Positions 1-10,765 of a stretch of DNA of 25,503 bases are shown here, piece by piece. A program made the position numbers and the translations under genes. Position 1 is the first letter of the stretch, and each line of letters begins with the position of its first letter. The notes under the pieces are model-generated. The model was not told the DNA's origin and searched no databases. It saw only the letters and a program-made list of their open reading frames with translations. This stretch comes from Caedibacter taeniospiralis (GTDB taxonomy: Bacteria > Pseudomonadota > Gammaproteobacteria > Francisellales > Francisellaceae), in contig NZ_PGGB02000006.1 of NCBI RefSeq assembly GCF_002803295.2, positions 65,519 through 91,021 on the forward strand, in the 5' to 3' direction.

Positions 1-204
1 TTAACAGGGGTTGATATTATGACGTTAAGACAACAATGGGAAGAAAAGGCGCAGCAGCAAGGAGCCATGTTAAAGGCACAAGAAACAGCGCGTAATTTAT
101 TTAGCATGAGTTTATCGGATGAACAGGTGGCAAAAGCGACGGGTCTTGATATGGATATCGTGCTGAAATTAAAATACGAAGCTGGTAATAGGACGAAACA
201 TTAG
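1..204 (+). CDS. 3' end of a gene truncated by the window edge; the tail resembles the C-terminus of Rpn/YhgA-like (PD-(D/E)XK) putative transposase family proteins
   Basis: Frame 1 is open from nt 1, with no stop before the listed ATG at 19, so the ORF probably continues upstream. The tail has a charged coil followed by an HTH-like segment, SLSDEQVAKATGLDMDIVLKL. I associate this pattern with Rpn-family C-termini, by memory only. Confidence 0.35.
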   Translation, partial: LTGVDIMTLRQQWEEKAQQQGAMLKAQETARNLFSMSLSDEQVAKATGLDMDIVLKLKYEAGNRTKH

Positions 205-334
205 CCTGAACCCCATAGGGTATATGAGAGGGTTGAAGCGGCGCTACCATCTGAAAATAATCTGTAGTCAATACGCCACTTGAGTGTAGGCTGTGATTAT
301 GTCTTACATCAATTTAAAGAACAGGAAGTGTAAC

Positions 335-622
335 ATGGCTATCTCACGGCAGGAATTAGAACATATCTTGGCGCTTTCCAAATTAAGTGCAAATCAGCAA
401 GAGCTGGTGCGGTTTGAAGAAGATCTTAATCGCATTTTGACTCTGTTTAGTAATATACAATCTGTTGATACAGAAGATGTAAAGCCTATGATCTCACCAT
501 TAACGAACCACGGTATCATGCGCGATGACACGTCGTGCTCTCAGCAACATGAGCATGAGTTTCAGGCAATTGCACCTGAATATCAGGCGCACTATTTTAT
601 CGTTCCTAAAGTGATTGAGTAA
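335..622 (+). CDS. gatC: Asp/Glu-tRNA amidotransferase subunit C
   Basis: A 95-aa ORF starts at ATG 335, preceded by AGGAAG at 323-328. Its size and its position directly upstream of gatA-gatB fit gatC. The GTG at 293 given in the ORF track has no RBS and would add an atypical N-terminal extension. Confidence 0.85.
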   Translation: MAISRQELEHILALSKLSANQQELVRFEEDLNRILTLFSNIQSVDTEDVKPMISPLTNHGIMRDDTSCSQQHEHEFQAIAPEYQAHYFIVPKVIE

Positions 623-636
623 GGGATTTTAACCAT

Positions 637-2088
637 ATGAGTATTTTACAGCAGCTGCGTAACAAGCTCGACAATAGAGAGTTAAGCGCACTCGAGCTGA
701 CACAATCTTATTTAAAGGAAATAAAGTACAAAAACCAGGCTTTAAATGCGTTTATTTCCGTTAATGAAGCTCAGGCGTTAAGCATTGCTAAACGCGCCGA
801 TAAAATCATCAGCGATAAGAAACAGGCACTTTTAACGGGACTGCCTATCGTGCACAAAGATAATCTATGTACGGATGTTTTAACAACAACCTGTGCTTCC
901 AGAATATTAAGCGATTATAAGTCCCCGTTCAACGCCACGGTTGTCGAAAAACTTGCCAGCCAAGACATGATTTTGTTGGGCAAAACTAATATGGATGAAT
1001 TTGGCATGGGTTCAAGCAGCGAAAACAGCTATTTTGGCAGTGTTAAAAATCCCTATGATTTAAGCTGTGTTCCAGGAGGGTCCTCAGGCGGATCAGCGGC
1101 AGCCGTTGCCGCGGGGTTGAGCCCTTTTGCTACAGGAAGTGATACAGGGGGGTCGGTCAGGCAACCTGCAAGCTTTTGTGGGATCACTGGCATGAAGCCA
1201 AGTTATGGGAGCTTATCGCGCTACGGTTTGGTGGCCTATGGCTCGTCATTTGATCAAGTTGGGGTGCTGGCGCACTATGCGATAGATTGCGCTTATTTAT
1301 TACAAGCCATGGCAGGTCAAGATGAGAAAGATGGTACAAGCGTTGGCACGAGTGCAGATTTTTTCACCAGGACGATACAGCAAGACTTGTCAGGCTTATC
1401 GATTGGGATTGATGAAGCACTCATTGCCGATTTATCCGCAAAAGCGCAAAGCTTATTGCAAGATTGTCTTGAGATCTATAAAAAACAGGGCGTCAGAGTT
1501 AAGAGTATCAAGCTACCTGATTTGAAACCTGCCGTGTCAAGTTATTATATTCTGGCTCCTGCTGAGGCAGCAACAAACCTGGCACGCTTTGACGGTGTGC
1601 GTTACGGCTATCGAAGTAAAAAAGCGAATACTCTCGATGAGCTGTACATTAATAGCCGTACCGAGGGTTTTGGAAGAGAAGTCAAACGGCGCATTGTGAT
1701 TGGTAATTATGTATTAGCGGCAAGCCAGTATGAGGCGTATTATCACAAGGCGCAGCAGGTGCGCAGCAAGTTAAAGCAGGATTTAGATCAAATCTATCGG
1801 GAAGTGGATATGATTTTGTTGCCGACAGCAGCGACAACCGCACCTAAGCTTGGTGCTCAAACCGATCCAGTGAGTACCTATTTATCAGATATGTATACCC
1901 TGATTGCTAATTTAACTGGAGCTCCTGCGATTTCTTTTCCAATTGGGATGATCGACCATTTACCCTTTGGAGCGCAATTAATGTCCAAAAACTTTAAGGA
2001 CCACGTCTTGTTACAGGCGGTTAGCGAGTTTCAGCGTAAGACAAATTTCCACCAGCCAAGACAATTATTACAGGGGGGCTGGGCATGA
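637..2088 (+). CDS. gatA: Asp/Glu-tRNA amidotransferase subunit A (amidase signature family)
   Basis: The protein is 483 aa and carries the amidase signature GGSSGGSAAAVAAG...GSDTGGSVRQPASFCG. AAGGGA lies upstream of the ATG. The stop overlaps the gatB start (ATGA at 2085-2088). Confidence 0.95.
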   Translation: MSILQQLRNKLDNRELSALELTQSYLKEIKYKNQALNAFISVNEAQALSIAKRADKIISDKKQALLTGLPIVHKDNLCTDVLTTTCASRILSDYKSPFNATVVEKLASQDMILLGKTNMDEFGMGSSSENSYFGSVKNPYDLSCVPGGSSGGSAAAVAAGLSPFATGSDTGGSVRQPASFCGITGMKPSYGSLSRYGLVAYGSSFDQVGVLAHYAIDCAYLLQAMAGQDEKDGTSVGTSADFFTRTIQQDLSGLSIGIDEALIADLSAKAQSLLQDCLEIYKKQGVRVKSIKLPDLKPAVSSYYILAPAEAATNLARFDGVRYGYRSKKANTLDELYINSRTEGFGREVKRRIVIGNYVLAASQYEAYYHKAQQVRSKLKQDLDQIYREVDMILLPTAATTAPKLGAQTDPVSTYLSDMYTLIANLTGAPAISFPIGMIDHLPFGAQLMSKNFKDHVLLQAVSEFQRKTNFHQPRQLLQGGWA

Positions 2089-3500
2089 GTTATGAGATGG
2101 TCATTGGGCTTGAAGTTCATGTGCAGCTAAAGACCAAAGCAAAAATTTTTTCTAATGCCGCAAGCCTTTATGGGCAGCCTCCAAACACGCAAGTAAGCTT
2201 TGTGGATGTTGCACTACCAGGGACTTTACCTGTGGTTAATAAAAAAGCGATTGAAATGGCGATAAAGTTTGGCGTCGCGGTTGATGCGATGATTTCAAAA
2301 AACAGTTTTTTTGCGCGTAAAAACTATTTTTATCCTGATCTGCCAAAAGGCTATCAAATCAGTCAATCACATAACCCTATTGTGCAAAATGGCAAACTCA
2401 ATATTCAGACAAGTAAAGGGGCAAAAATCATTCGTATTGAAAGGGCGCATCTTGAGGAAGATGCTGGTAAGTCCGTGCATGACTTTATCGGTGAGCAAAC
2501 AGGTCTGGATTATAACCGTGCGGGCACCCCTCTTTTAGAAATCGTGACACATCCTGATTTTCGTAGTGCCGAAGAAGTTGTTTGTTATTTGAAGGACCTG
2601 CATCAAGTCGTCCAGCACTTGGGGATTTGCGATGGTAATATGCAGGAAGGATCGTTTCGCTGTGATGTTAATCTCTCGGTACGCAAAGAAAATGAGTCCT
2701 TAGGCACAAGAGCAGAGTTAAAAAATATCAACTCATTTCGCTTTATCGAAAGTGCGATTCACTACGAGTACCAGCGCCAGGTTAAGCTCCTGGAAAAAGG
2801 CGAAAAAATCACCCAGGAAACGAGGCTTTATGATGCGGATAAAAATGAAACTCGCAGCATGCGCAGCAAGGAAAATGCATTTGACTACCGCTATTTTCCT
2901 GATCCTGACTTATTGCCTATGATGATTTCAACAGAGGAAATAGAGGCGATCAAGGCAGATATGCCAGTGCTGCCAAAGGTGCGTGAGGAGGCCTATGCCA
3001 AAGTCTTAAATGACGATGAAGTAAGCTTTTTAATGGATAATCCAGACGTGGCTGATTACTACGACAGGCTTGCCGCAAGCCTGGCTCCCAGAGTTGCTTA
3101 TAACTGGGTAGCCGTTGAACTCCAGGCATTATTTAATAAAGCGCAAACAGCCTTTAATCCAGATAGTGTGCCCGTGGCAATCGTCCATGAGATTATTCAA
3201 AGTATCGAAAAGGATGAAATTTCTCTAAAATCGGCTAAAGCGGTATTGCAAAGCTATTTTGATAACTCTCAGTCTATCCAGTGGATTATCGATCAGCTTG
3301 GGGTGCGTCAACACAATGATGCAAAATTAGTTGAAGCTCTGGTTGATGAGGTTATGGTTCAAAATCCAACGCAGGTTCAGAATTACCAAGCTGGTAACGT
3401 TAAACTTCTGAGTTTCTTTGTTGGTCAGGTGATGAAAAACAGTAAAGGCAAAGCCAACCCCAAACAAGTGAATGAAGTTTTGATAAAGAAACTAGAGTAG
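2085..3500 (+). CDS. gatB: Asp/Glu-tRNA amidotransferase subunit B
   Basis: The protein is 471 aa. The N-terminus VIGLEVHVQL, the motifs RAHLEEDAGKS and DYNRAGTPLLEIVT, and a YqeY-like C-terminal tail are all typical of GatB. Confidence 0.95.
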   Translation: MSYEMVIGLEVHVQLKTKAKIFSNAASLYGQPPNTQVSFVDVALPGTLPVVNKKAIEMAIKFGVAVDAMISKNSFFARKNYFYPDLPKGYQISQSHNPIVQNGKLNIQTSKGAKIIRIERAHLEEDAGKSVHDFIGEQTGLDYNRAGTPLLEIVTHPDFRSAEEVVCYLKDLHQVVQHLGICDGNMQEGSFRCDVNLSVRKENESLGTRAELKNINSFRFIESAIHYEYQRQVKLLEKGEKITQETRLYDADKNETRSMRSKENAFDYRYFPDPDLLPMMISTEEIEAIKADMPVLPKVREEAYAKVLNDDEVSFLMDNPDVADYYDRLAASLAPRVAYNWVAVELQALFNKAQTAFNPDSVPVAIVHEIIQSIEKDEISLKSAKAVLQSYFDNSQSIQWIIDQLGVRQHNDAKLVEALVDEVMVQNPTQVQNYQAGNVKLLSFFVGQVMKNSKGKANPKQVNEVLIKKLE

Positions 3501-3561
3501 TCTTTAAAAAATCGCAAAGTGCGGAACTCCAGCAAGTGAGCAATGAAATAAAAGAGGTTGA

Positions 3562-5286
<1,725 letters not shown>

Positions 5287-5297
5287 AGAGCAGGGAG

Positions 5298-5537
5298 TTA
5301 TAATTTATCCTGGTCCAAAGGAGGGTTGTTTTTTACGTTTTTTTCGAGAAAATTAATGAAGTCTGCAGTTGAAAGCCTTGTTGTATTTTTGTTTAGCCTG
5401 TAGGTGACTTTAGCAAGTGCTACTCGCTCAGAAACAGCACTCATAATAAACTGATTCATTGAAACACCCTCGGATGCAGCGATCTGTTTTAGATCATCAT
5501 AAATTGAATTAGGTAATCGTAACGCAAAATTAGCCAT
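5298..5537 (-). CDS. Ribbon-helix-helix antitoxin (HicB-C-terminal/Arc-like type), partner of the upstream PIN toxin
   Basis: The protein is 79 aa. The N-terminus FALRLPNSIYDDLKQIAASEGVSMNQFIMSAV is a typical RHH strand-helix-helix. Its start overlaps the PIN gene stop by 8 nt (5530-5537). Confidence 0.7.
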   Translation of the reverse strand: MANFALRLPNSIYDDLKQIAASEGVSMNQFIMSAVSERVALAKVTYRLNKNTTRLSTADFINFLEKNVKNNPPLDQDKL

Positions 5538-5943
5538 GGTTGATCTCCTTTAACACGTTTAAAAATTGCTGGGGTGTGACAACTTCAAGATTGAAACTTT
5601 TTGCACCCTTGAAGTCCTTCACGTTGTGTGTGATAAGATAGTCCGCTGGTGCGTTTATGGCGGCTTCTAAGACCATCTCATCTTTGTCATCACAGCCAGT
5701 GGGGCGGTATCTGTATGCAATGAGTATTTTTTCAGAACAGTCTATGTATGATCGCAAAAATTGATCAATAAAATAATGATCAAACTGTCTTTTTAAAACC
5801 GCTTCATATTCGCATATTAGACTGACAGATATGCACGTTATTACGGTCTCTTGTGCAAGAATAGTGGTCAGTATTTTATAGGATGCCCCATTTTTCGAGT
5901 AGAGTGCACTGTAGACAACATTTGTATCTAAGACTACTTTCAT
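5530..5943 (-). CDS. PIN-domain toxin (TIGR00305-like putative TA toxin)
   Basis: VVLDTNVV provides the first acidic residue, and DDKDEMVLEAAINAPADYLITHNVKDF has the PIN C-terminal acidic pattern. I moved the start to ATG 5943 (MKVVLDTN), which has GGAG 12 nt upstream. The 28-aa extension in the ORF track to 6024 is unsupported. Confidence 0.75.
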   Translation of the reverse strand: MKVVLDTNVVYSALYSKNGASYKILTTILAQETVITCISVSLICEYEAVLKRQFDHYFIDQFLRSYIDCSEKILIAYRYRPTGCDDKDEMVLEAAINAPADYLITHNVKDFKGAKSFNLEVVTPQQFLNVLKEINHG

Positions 5944-6116
5944 TATTTCAGCAGGCTCCTGTTGGGTTTTAATGGGCATTATAGATAAGTTTTCCGTTTG
6001 TTTCAATATTGTATGTAATATCATTCTAGTTTTAACAATGCTTATAAAAATATAAAACGTGGCAAGTGTTTGCAGCTAAATATGTAAAATGATTTTAACC
6101 TTGCAGTAGCAATGGT

Positions 6117-6132
6117 AACATGGCGCCATGTT
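6117..6132. promoter_or_regulatory. Perfect 16-bp palindrome AACATGGCGCCATGTT in the cysS leader/promoter region
   Basis: Read directly from the sequence; it ends 24 nt upstream of the cysS ATG at 6157. Its function is unknown; it could be an operator or a 5' UTR hairpin. Confidence 0.3.
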
Positions 6133-6156
6133 GAGTTTCCAAGCCAAAGCTATCCT

Positions 6157-7551
6157 ATGAGTATTTACTTACATAATTCTTTATCGGGTAAAAAGGAATT
6201 ATTTACCCCTATCACACCAAAAAAATTAAAAATGTATGTCTGTGGTATGACAGTATATGACGACTGCCATATCGGGCATGCGCGTACACAGATCGCTTTT
6301 GATGTGATCGTGCGTTATTTTCGCTTTTGTGGATTTGATGTCACTTACGTACGCAATATTACCGATATTGATGACAAAATCATTAAGCGTGCCAACGACA
6401 ATGGCGAATCAACGGATGCTTTAGTTGAGCGTACGATCAAGAGCATGTATGACGATTTGGACCGATTAAATATTTTGCGACCTGATTTCGATCCTCGAGC
6501 AACTGAAACTATTCCTGAGATGTGCAAAATGATTGAAGTATTGATTAACAAAGGCTTTGCATATGCCGGTGGTAATGGTGATGTCTATTATCGTGTGGAA
6601 AAATTTGAGGGTTACGGTAAGCTCAGTAAGCAAAGCCTGGAACATTTACACATTGGTGCACGAATCGAAAGTAATGAAGATAAACAAAATCCATTGGACT
6701 TTGTGCTCTGGAAAGCTTCAAAACCCCATGAACCAAGCTGGGAGTCTCCCTGGGGCAAGGGACGCCCTGGCTGGCATATTGAATGCTCAGCGATGTCTAA
6801 GAAATTACTGGGGGATCATTTTGACATTCATGCAGGAGGGTCGGATCTAAAATTCCCCCATCATGAAAATGAAGTTGCGCAATCAGAGGCGGCTAATAGC
6901 TGCACTTTTGCCAATTACTGGCTGCATTCGGGAATGGTGCAGGTCAATGAAGAGAAAATGTCAAAGTCACTAAATAACTTTTTTACTATCAAAGAAGTGC
7001 TCGCAGAGTACCATCCTGAAGTCGTGAGATTCTTTCTAATCTCAGGGCAATATCGTAGTGAGATCAACTATTCAAAAGAGAATTTATCCCAGGCAAGGTC
7101 GGCATTAGAGCGTCTGTATACGGCAGTTCGGGGCATTGAGATTGATGAAACAACTACTTTGCCAGAGGATAGGGAAAAGTATATCGATGAGTTTAAAGCT
7201 GCGATGAATAATGACTTTAATACGCCAGAAGCTTTGCCTGTTTTATTCGCTTTGGCTCGGGAAATTAATAAACACCGTCACGATGACATGAATCAAGCGG
7301 CGAGCTATGCCAGGCTTTTATTGATGCTTTCGGGGGTGTTGGGACTTTTACATTGTCCTGTAGAGGAGTATTTTAAGAACAGTGGCGACAGGACTTTGGC
7401 GAATGATGAAATTGATAAGTTAATTGCACAGCGAGTGGCTGCGAAAAAAAACAAAGATTATCGCACGGCTGATGCTATTCGTGAAGAGTTAGCTAAAGCA
7501 GGGATTCTGTTGGAGGATACCCCAACAGGCACTGTGTGGAAAAGAGGATAA
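6157..7551 (+). CDS. cysS: Cysteinyl-tRNA synthetase
   Basis: Class I aaRS motifs HIGH (CHIGHAR) and KMSKS are present, along with the WHIECS zinc/cysteine site. I moved the start to ATG 6157 (MSIYLHNSLSGKKELF), giving 464 aa, which is the typical length. Confidence 0.95.
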   Translation: MSIYLHNSLSGKKELFTPITPKKLKMYVCGMTVYDDCHIGHARTQIAFDVIVRYFRFCGFDVTYVRNITDIDDKIIKRANDNGESTDALVERTIKSMYDDLDRLNILRPDFDPRATETIPEMCKMIEVLINKGFAYAGGNGDVYYRVEKFEGYGKLSKQSLEHLHIGARIESNEDKQNPLDFVLWKASKPHEPSWESPWGKGRPGWHIECSAMSKKLLGDHFDIHAGGSDLKFPHHENEVAQSEAANSCTFANYWLHSGMVQVNEEKMSKSLNNFFTIKEVLAEYHPEVVRFFLISGQYRSEINYSKENLSQARSALERLYTAVRGIEIDETTTLPEDREKYIDEFKAAMNNDFNTPEALPVLFALAREINKHRHDDMNQAASYARLLLMLSGVLGLLHCPVEEYFKNSGDRTLANDEIDKLIAQRVAAKKNKDYRTADAIREELAKAGILLEDTPTGTVWKRG

Positions 7552-7671
7552 AAAAGTAGGCTTAGACAAAATTTCCACCCATTTTTGCAAAGGCGTATGC
7601 AATACGCCCCTACGCAATGCGCCATCATGGGCGAAAATATTGTCATCGCCAAAAAGTAAAAGGGGAATAGC

Positions 7672-8637
7672 ATGAGTGATGTGTTTGGCACAGATGTTAA
7701 TGTTGATGCACTGGCACAGGATTTACATACGATAAGAGATTATTTACGTTGGGCGACAAGTCGTTTTTTAGAAGCTGAGCTTTTTTATGGACATGGTACA
7801 GATTCAGCATGGGATGAAGCCGTACATCTGGTATTGCAAGCGCTTTACCTGCCTTTGGGTATTGATAATCGAATTTTAGATGCGCGATTAACGCATGTTG
7901 AGCGTCAGAAAGTTATTAAATGGGTGTATCGTCGTGTGGTTGATCGTGTGCCTTTGCCCTATCTTACAAAAGCGGCATGGTTTGCGGGGATGAAGTTTTA
8001 TGTTGATCAACGAGTCATTGTTCCACGCTCACCCATAGGCGAGCTTATCAGGAATGAGTTTGAACCATGGGTGAATCATCATAGGGTGAAGCGCGTGCTT
8101 GATTTGTGCACTGGCAGTGGTTGTATTGGTATTGCAGCGGCACATGTATTTGAAGAAGCAGAGGTTGTATTGACTGATATTTCGGAGGATGCCCTAGTGG
8201 TCGCCGATAAAAATATTAAGCTTCATAATTTGGAGAATAGAGTTAAAGCGGTGCATTCAGATTTATTTGATGCACTACCACAAGAGCAGAAATTTGATCT
8301 CATTATCTCAAATCCCCCTTATGTAGATAGCGAGGATCTCGCGTCTATGCCTGAGGAATATCTAAAAGAGCCTGCACTTGCTTTAGGATCTGGCGAGGAT
8401 GGCTTGGATATCACTCGCAGAATTCTTATCGAAGCGATCAATTATTTAAGCGAAGATGGTCTCTTGATTGTTGAGGTCGGAAATAGCCAGCCTGCTTTGC
8501 AGGAAGCATTTCCGAGTGTGCCATTTACCTGGTTAAGTTTTGAGGATGGCGGTGATGGCGTATTTTTACTCACGCAAAAAGAGCTTCTAAGCTATAGGCA
8601 GGAATTTGAATCAGGGTGTAAATATGCCAGGCAATAG
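7672..8637 (+). CDS. prmB: Ribosomal protein L3 glutamine N5-methyltransferase
   Basis: It has the SAM-binding motif [13 protein letters not shown] and the NPPY motif (ISNPPYV). The length is 321 aa. It sits directly upstream of and overlapping aroC, as with prmB(yfcB)-aroC in E. coli. AGGGGA RBS. Confidence 0.85.
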   Translation: MSDVFGTDVNVDALAQDLHTIRDYLRWATSRFLEAELFYGHGTDSAWDEAVHLVLQALYLPLGIDNRILDARLTHVERQKVIKWVYRRVVDRVPLPYLTKAAWFAGMKFYVDQRVIVPRSPIGELIRNEFEPWVNHHRVKRVLDLCTGSGCIGIAAAHVFEEAEVVLTDISEDALVVADKNIKLHNLENRVKAVHSDLFDALPQEQKFDLIISNPPYVDSEDLASMPEEYLKEPALALGSGEDGLDITRRILIEAINYLSEDGLLIVEVGNSQPALQEAFPSVPFTWLSFEDGGDGVFLLTQKELLSYRQEFESGCKYARQ

Positions 8638-9685
8638 TTTGGGACGCCTCTTTAAAGTGACCACCTTTGGCGAAAGTCATGGCGTGGCTTTGGGTGCAAT
8701 TATTGATGGATGCCCTCCTGGGCTTGAATTAAGTGAGAACGACTTGCAAACAGAACTGGATCGACGAAGACCAGGTCAGTCAAAGTTCACCACACAGCGC
8801 AAAGAGCTGGATCAAGTGAAAATTCTCTCGGGTGTGTTTGAAGGAAAAACGACAGGAACCCCCATTGGTTTGATCATTCAAAACACTGATCAGAAGTCAA
8901 AGGATTACGGTGAAATCAAAGATCAGTTTCGCCCGGGACACGCCGATTTTACGTATTTTCATAAATATGGCATTCGTGACTATCGTGGTGGTGGAAGAGC
9001 TTCGGCAAGAGAAACAGCAATGCGCGTGGCAGCAGGCGCGATTGCAAAAAAAATCTTAAAAGAGAAATTTGATAGTGAAATTTTTGCCTATGTTTCACAA
9101 ATAGGTGATATTGAGCTTGGTTTTAAAGATAAAGCTTTTATTGCGCAAAATCCTTTTTTCTGTGCCGACCCAGATAAAGTTCCAGCACTTGAGGAGTTGA
9201 TGCAATCCATTCGTAAACAAGGAGACTCCATTGGCGCTAAAGTCAATCTCGTGGCAAGAAATATTCCTATTGGTTTTGGTGAGCCTGTGTTTGGGCGCTT
9301 AGATGCGGAAATTGCCAAGGCACTCATGAGTATTAATGCGGTGAAAGCCGTAGCAATTGGTGATGGCTTTGAGGTGGTAAAACAAAAGGGTAGCGAGCAT
9401 CGCGATGAGTATATTAAAGGCGAAGGATTTATCAGTAATCATGCAGGTGGTATTTTAGGAGGAATTTCCTCGGGACAAGAAATCTTAGCCAGCATTGCTT
9501 TTAAACCAACCTCAAGTATTTTGATCCCTGGGCGCTCAATTGATATTTATGGAGAAGCCTGTGAAGTCATCACGAAAGGCAGACATGATCCTTGTGTGGG
9601 AATTCGTGGTGTGCCAATTGCTGAAGCGATGCTGGCACTTGTCCTCGTTGATCACTATTTGCAGCATAAGGCGCAGAATTTATAG
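8624..9685 (+). CDS. aroC: Chorismate synthase
   Basis: The N-terminus [20 protein letters not shown] closely parallels the E. coli AroC N-terminus, and [18 protein letters not shown] is present. The protein is 353 aa from ATG 8624. The TTG at 8606 in the ORF track is unlikely to be the start. Confidence 0.95.
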   Translation: MPGNSLGRLFKVTTFGESHGVALGAIIDGCPPGLELSENDLQTELDRRRPGQSKFTTQRKELDQVKILSGVFEGKTTGTPIGLIIQNTDQKSKDYGEIKDQFRPGHADFTYFHKYGIRDYRGGGRASARETAMRVAAGAIAKKILKEKFDSEIFAYVSQIGDIELGFKDKAFIAQNPFFCADPDKVPALEELMQSIRKQGDSIGAKVNLVARNIPIGFGEPVFGRLDAEIAKALMSINAVKAVAIGDGFEVVKQKGSEHRDEYIKGEGFISNHAGGILGGISSGQEILASIAFKPTSSILIPGRSIDIYGEACEVITKGRHDPCVGIRGVPIAEAMLALVLVDHYLQHKAQNL

Positions 9686-9700
9686 TTCGCTCTTGCTGGG

Positions 9701-10762
9701 CTATGAGCGTAAATCTGCTCCAATAGATGCCAGGCGCTTCTTCAGGCTTGGATGTGTTGAAAACATATCCGCCATGCCGCCAGAGGCAAATCTCGCACTT
9801 GCGGGATCATATAAGTAAGAGGCGCGACGCATGCGCTCGTTACTATTGTGCGCATAGCCTTGTGCAGTTTGTGGTTCACTGTGGTTTTGGCTGATTTTAA
9901 TGAGCGCGCTCGCCATGGGCTTGTTATCACGCATTAATTCCACGGCTCCAGCATCAGCCATATATTCACGCGTGCGACTTAAAAACAGCATCATCATGCT
10001 GGTGATAATTGGTAAGATAAAGCGTAAAAGCATAATGACCATGAGAATAATCGCCATCGCATTACCACCACTGTTATTATCGCGGCGACCGCGGTTGCTG
10101 CCGAATAAAGTGGAGTAAAATAAAAACTCAATCATAAACATCAACATATTCGACAGTACGACGGTAAAGAGGTTGAGCTTAATATCCTGGTTGCGAATAT
10201 GCGTTAATTCATGTGCCATCACCGCTTGGAGTTCATCGCGATTTAAGCGATTGGCTAAAGCCCGTGTCACCGCTACCATAGAGGATTTTTCCGAAAACCC
10301 CGAGGCGAACGCATTCATATAGTCAGCTTCGATTAGATAGACCTTTGGCATATAGGGCATACCTGCCGCAATCTTCATCTCTTCGACAACGTTGTAAATT
10401 CTCTGGCACAAAGGATCTGGATCACTGAGGTGAATTTCACGATATTTCGTGCCAGAAAGCATGATTTTATCGTAGCAGCTAAAGGTGGCAGTAAGCCAGA
10501 TAAACGCAATGACGCTTGAAATGATGGTTGCCCATGGGGTGAGTTTTAAGGTTGCAATGAGATAGGCTATGTCACTAAAGCTTAGGCGATAACTGCCATA
10601 GGTCAGCATGACGCCATATTGCTCATAGCGCCACACAAGGTCGATAAAAAAGCCCAGGGCAAAAAATATAATCAGAAAAAATGCGATAACAATATAAGAC
10701 TTTCGGGTATTTTTTTTGACAACTTCGCGCCAGTCAACGCTATTAATATCAATAGCCGCCAT
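9701..10762 (-). CDS. M48-family zinc metalloprotease, HtpX-like, membrane-bound
   Basis: It has HEXXH (HELTHI) and a downstream Glu ligand context (REYMADAGAVE). There are several hydrophobic TM segments and a C-terminal THPSLKKR motif typical of M48/HtpX. Confidence 0.85.
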   Translation of the reverse strand: MAAIDINSVDWREVVKKNTRKSYIVIAFFLIIFFALGFFIDLVWRYEQYGVMLTYGSYRLSFSDIAYLIATLKLTPWATIISSVIAFIWLTATFSCYDKIMLSGTKYREIHLSDPDPLCQRIYNVVEEMKIAAGMPYMPKVYLIEADYMNAFASGFSEKSSMVAVTRALANRLNRDELQAVMAHELTHIRNQDIKLNLFTVVLSNMLMFMIEFLFYSTLFGSNRGRRDNNSGGNAMAIILMVIMLLRFILPIITSMMMLFLSRTREYMADAGAVELMRDNKPMASALIKISQNHSEPQTAQGYAHNSNERMRRASYLYDPASARFASGGMADMFSTHPSLKKRLASIGADLRS

Positions 10763-10765
10763 GGG

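Noticed and set aside
293-334. N-terminal extensions suggested by the ORF track: gatC from GTG 293, PIN from 6024, cysS from 6112, aroC from TTG 8606, rsmI from 15225, GT9 from TTG 18215, and GT2 from TTG 24343.
   Set aside because: Internal ATGs give N-termini that match the family consensus and have better RBS context. The extensions use rare start codons or add non-conserved residues.
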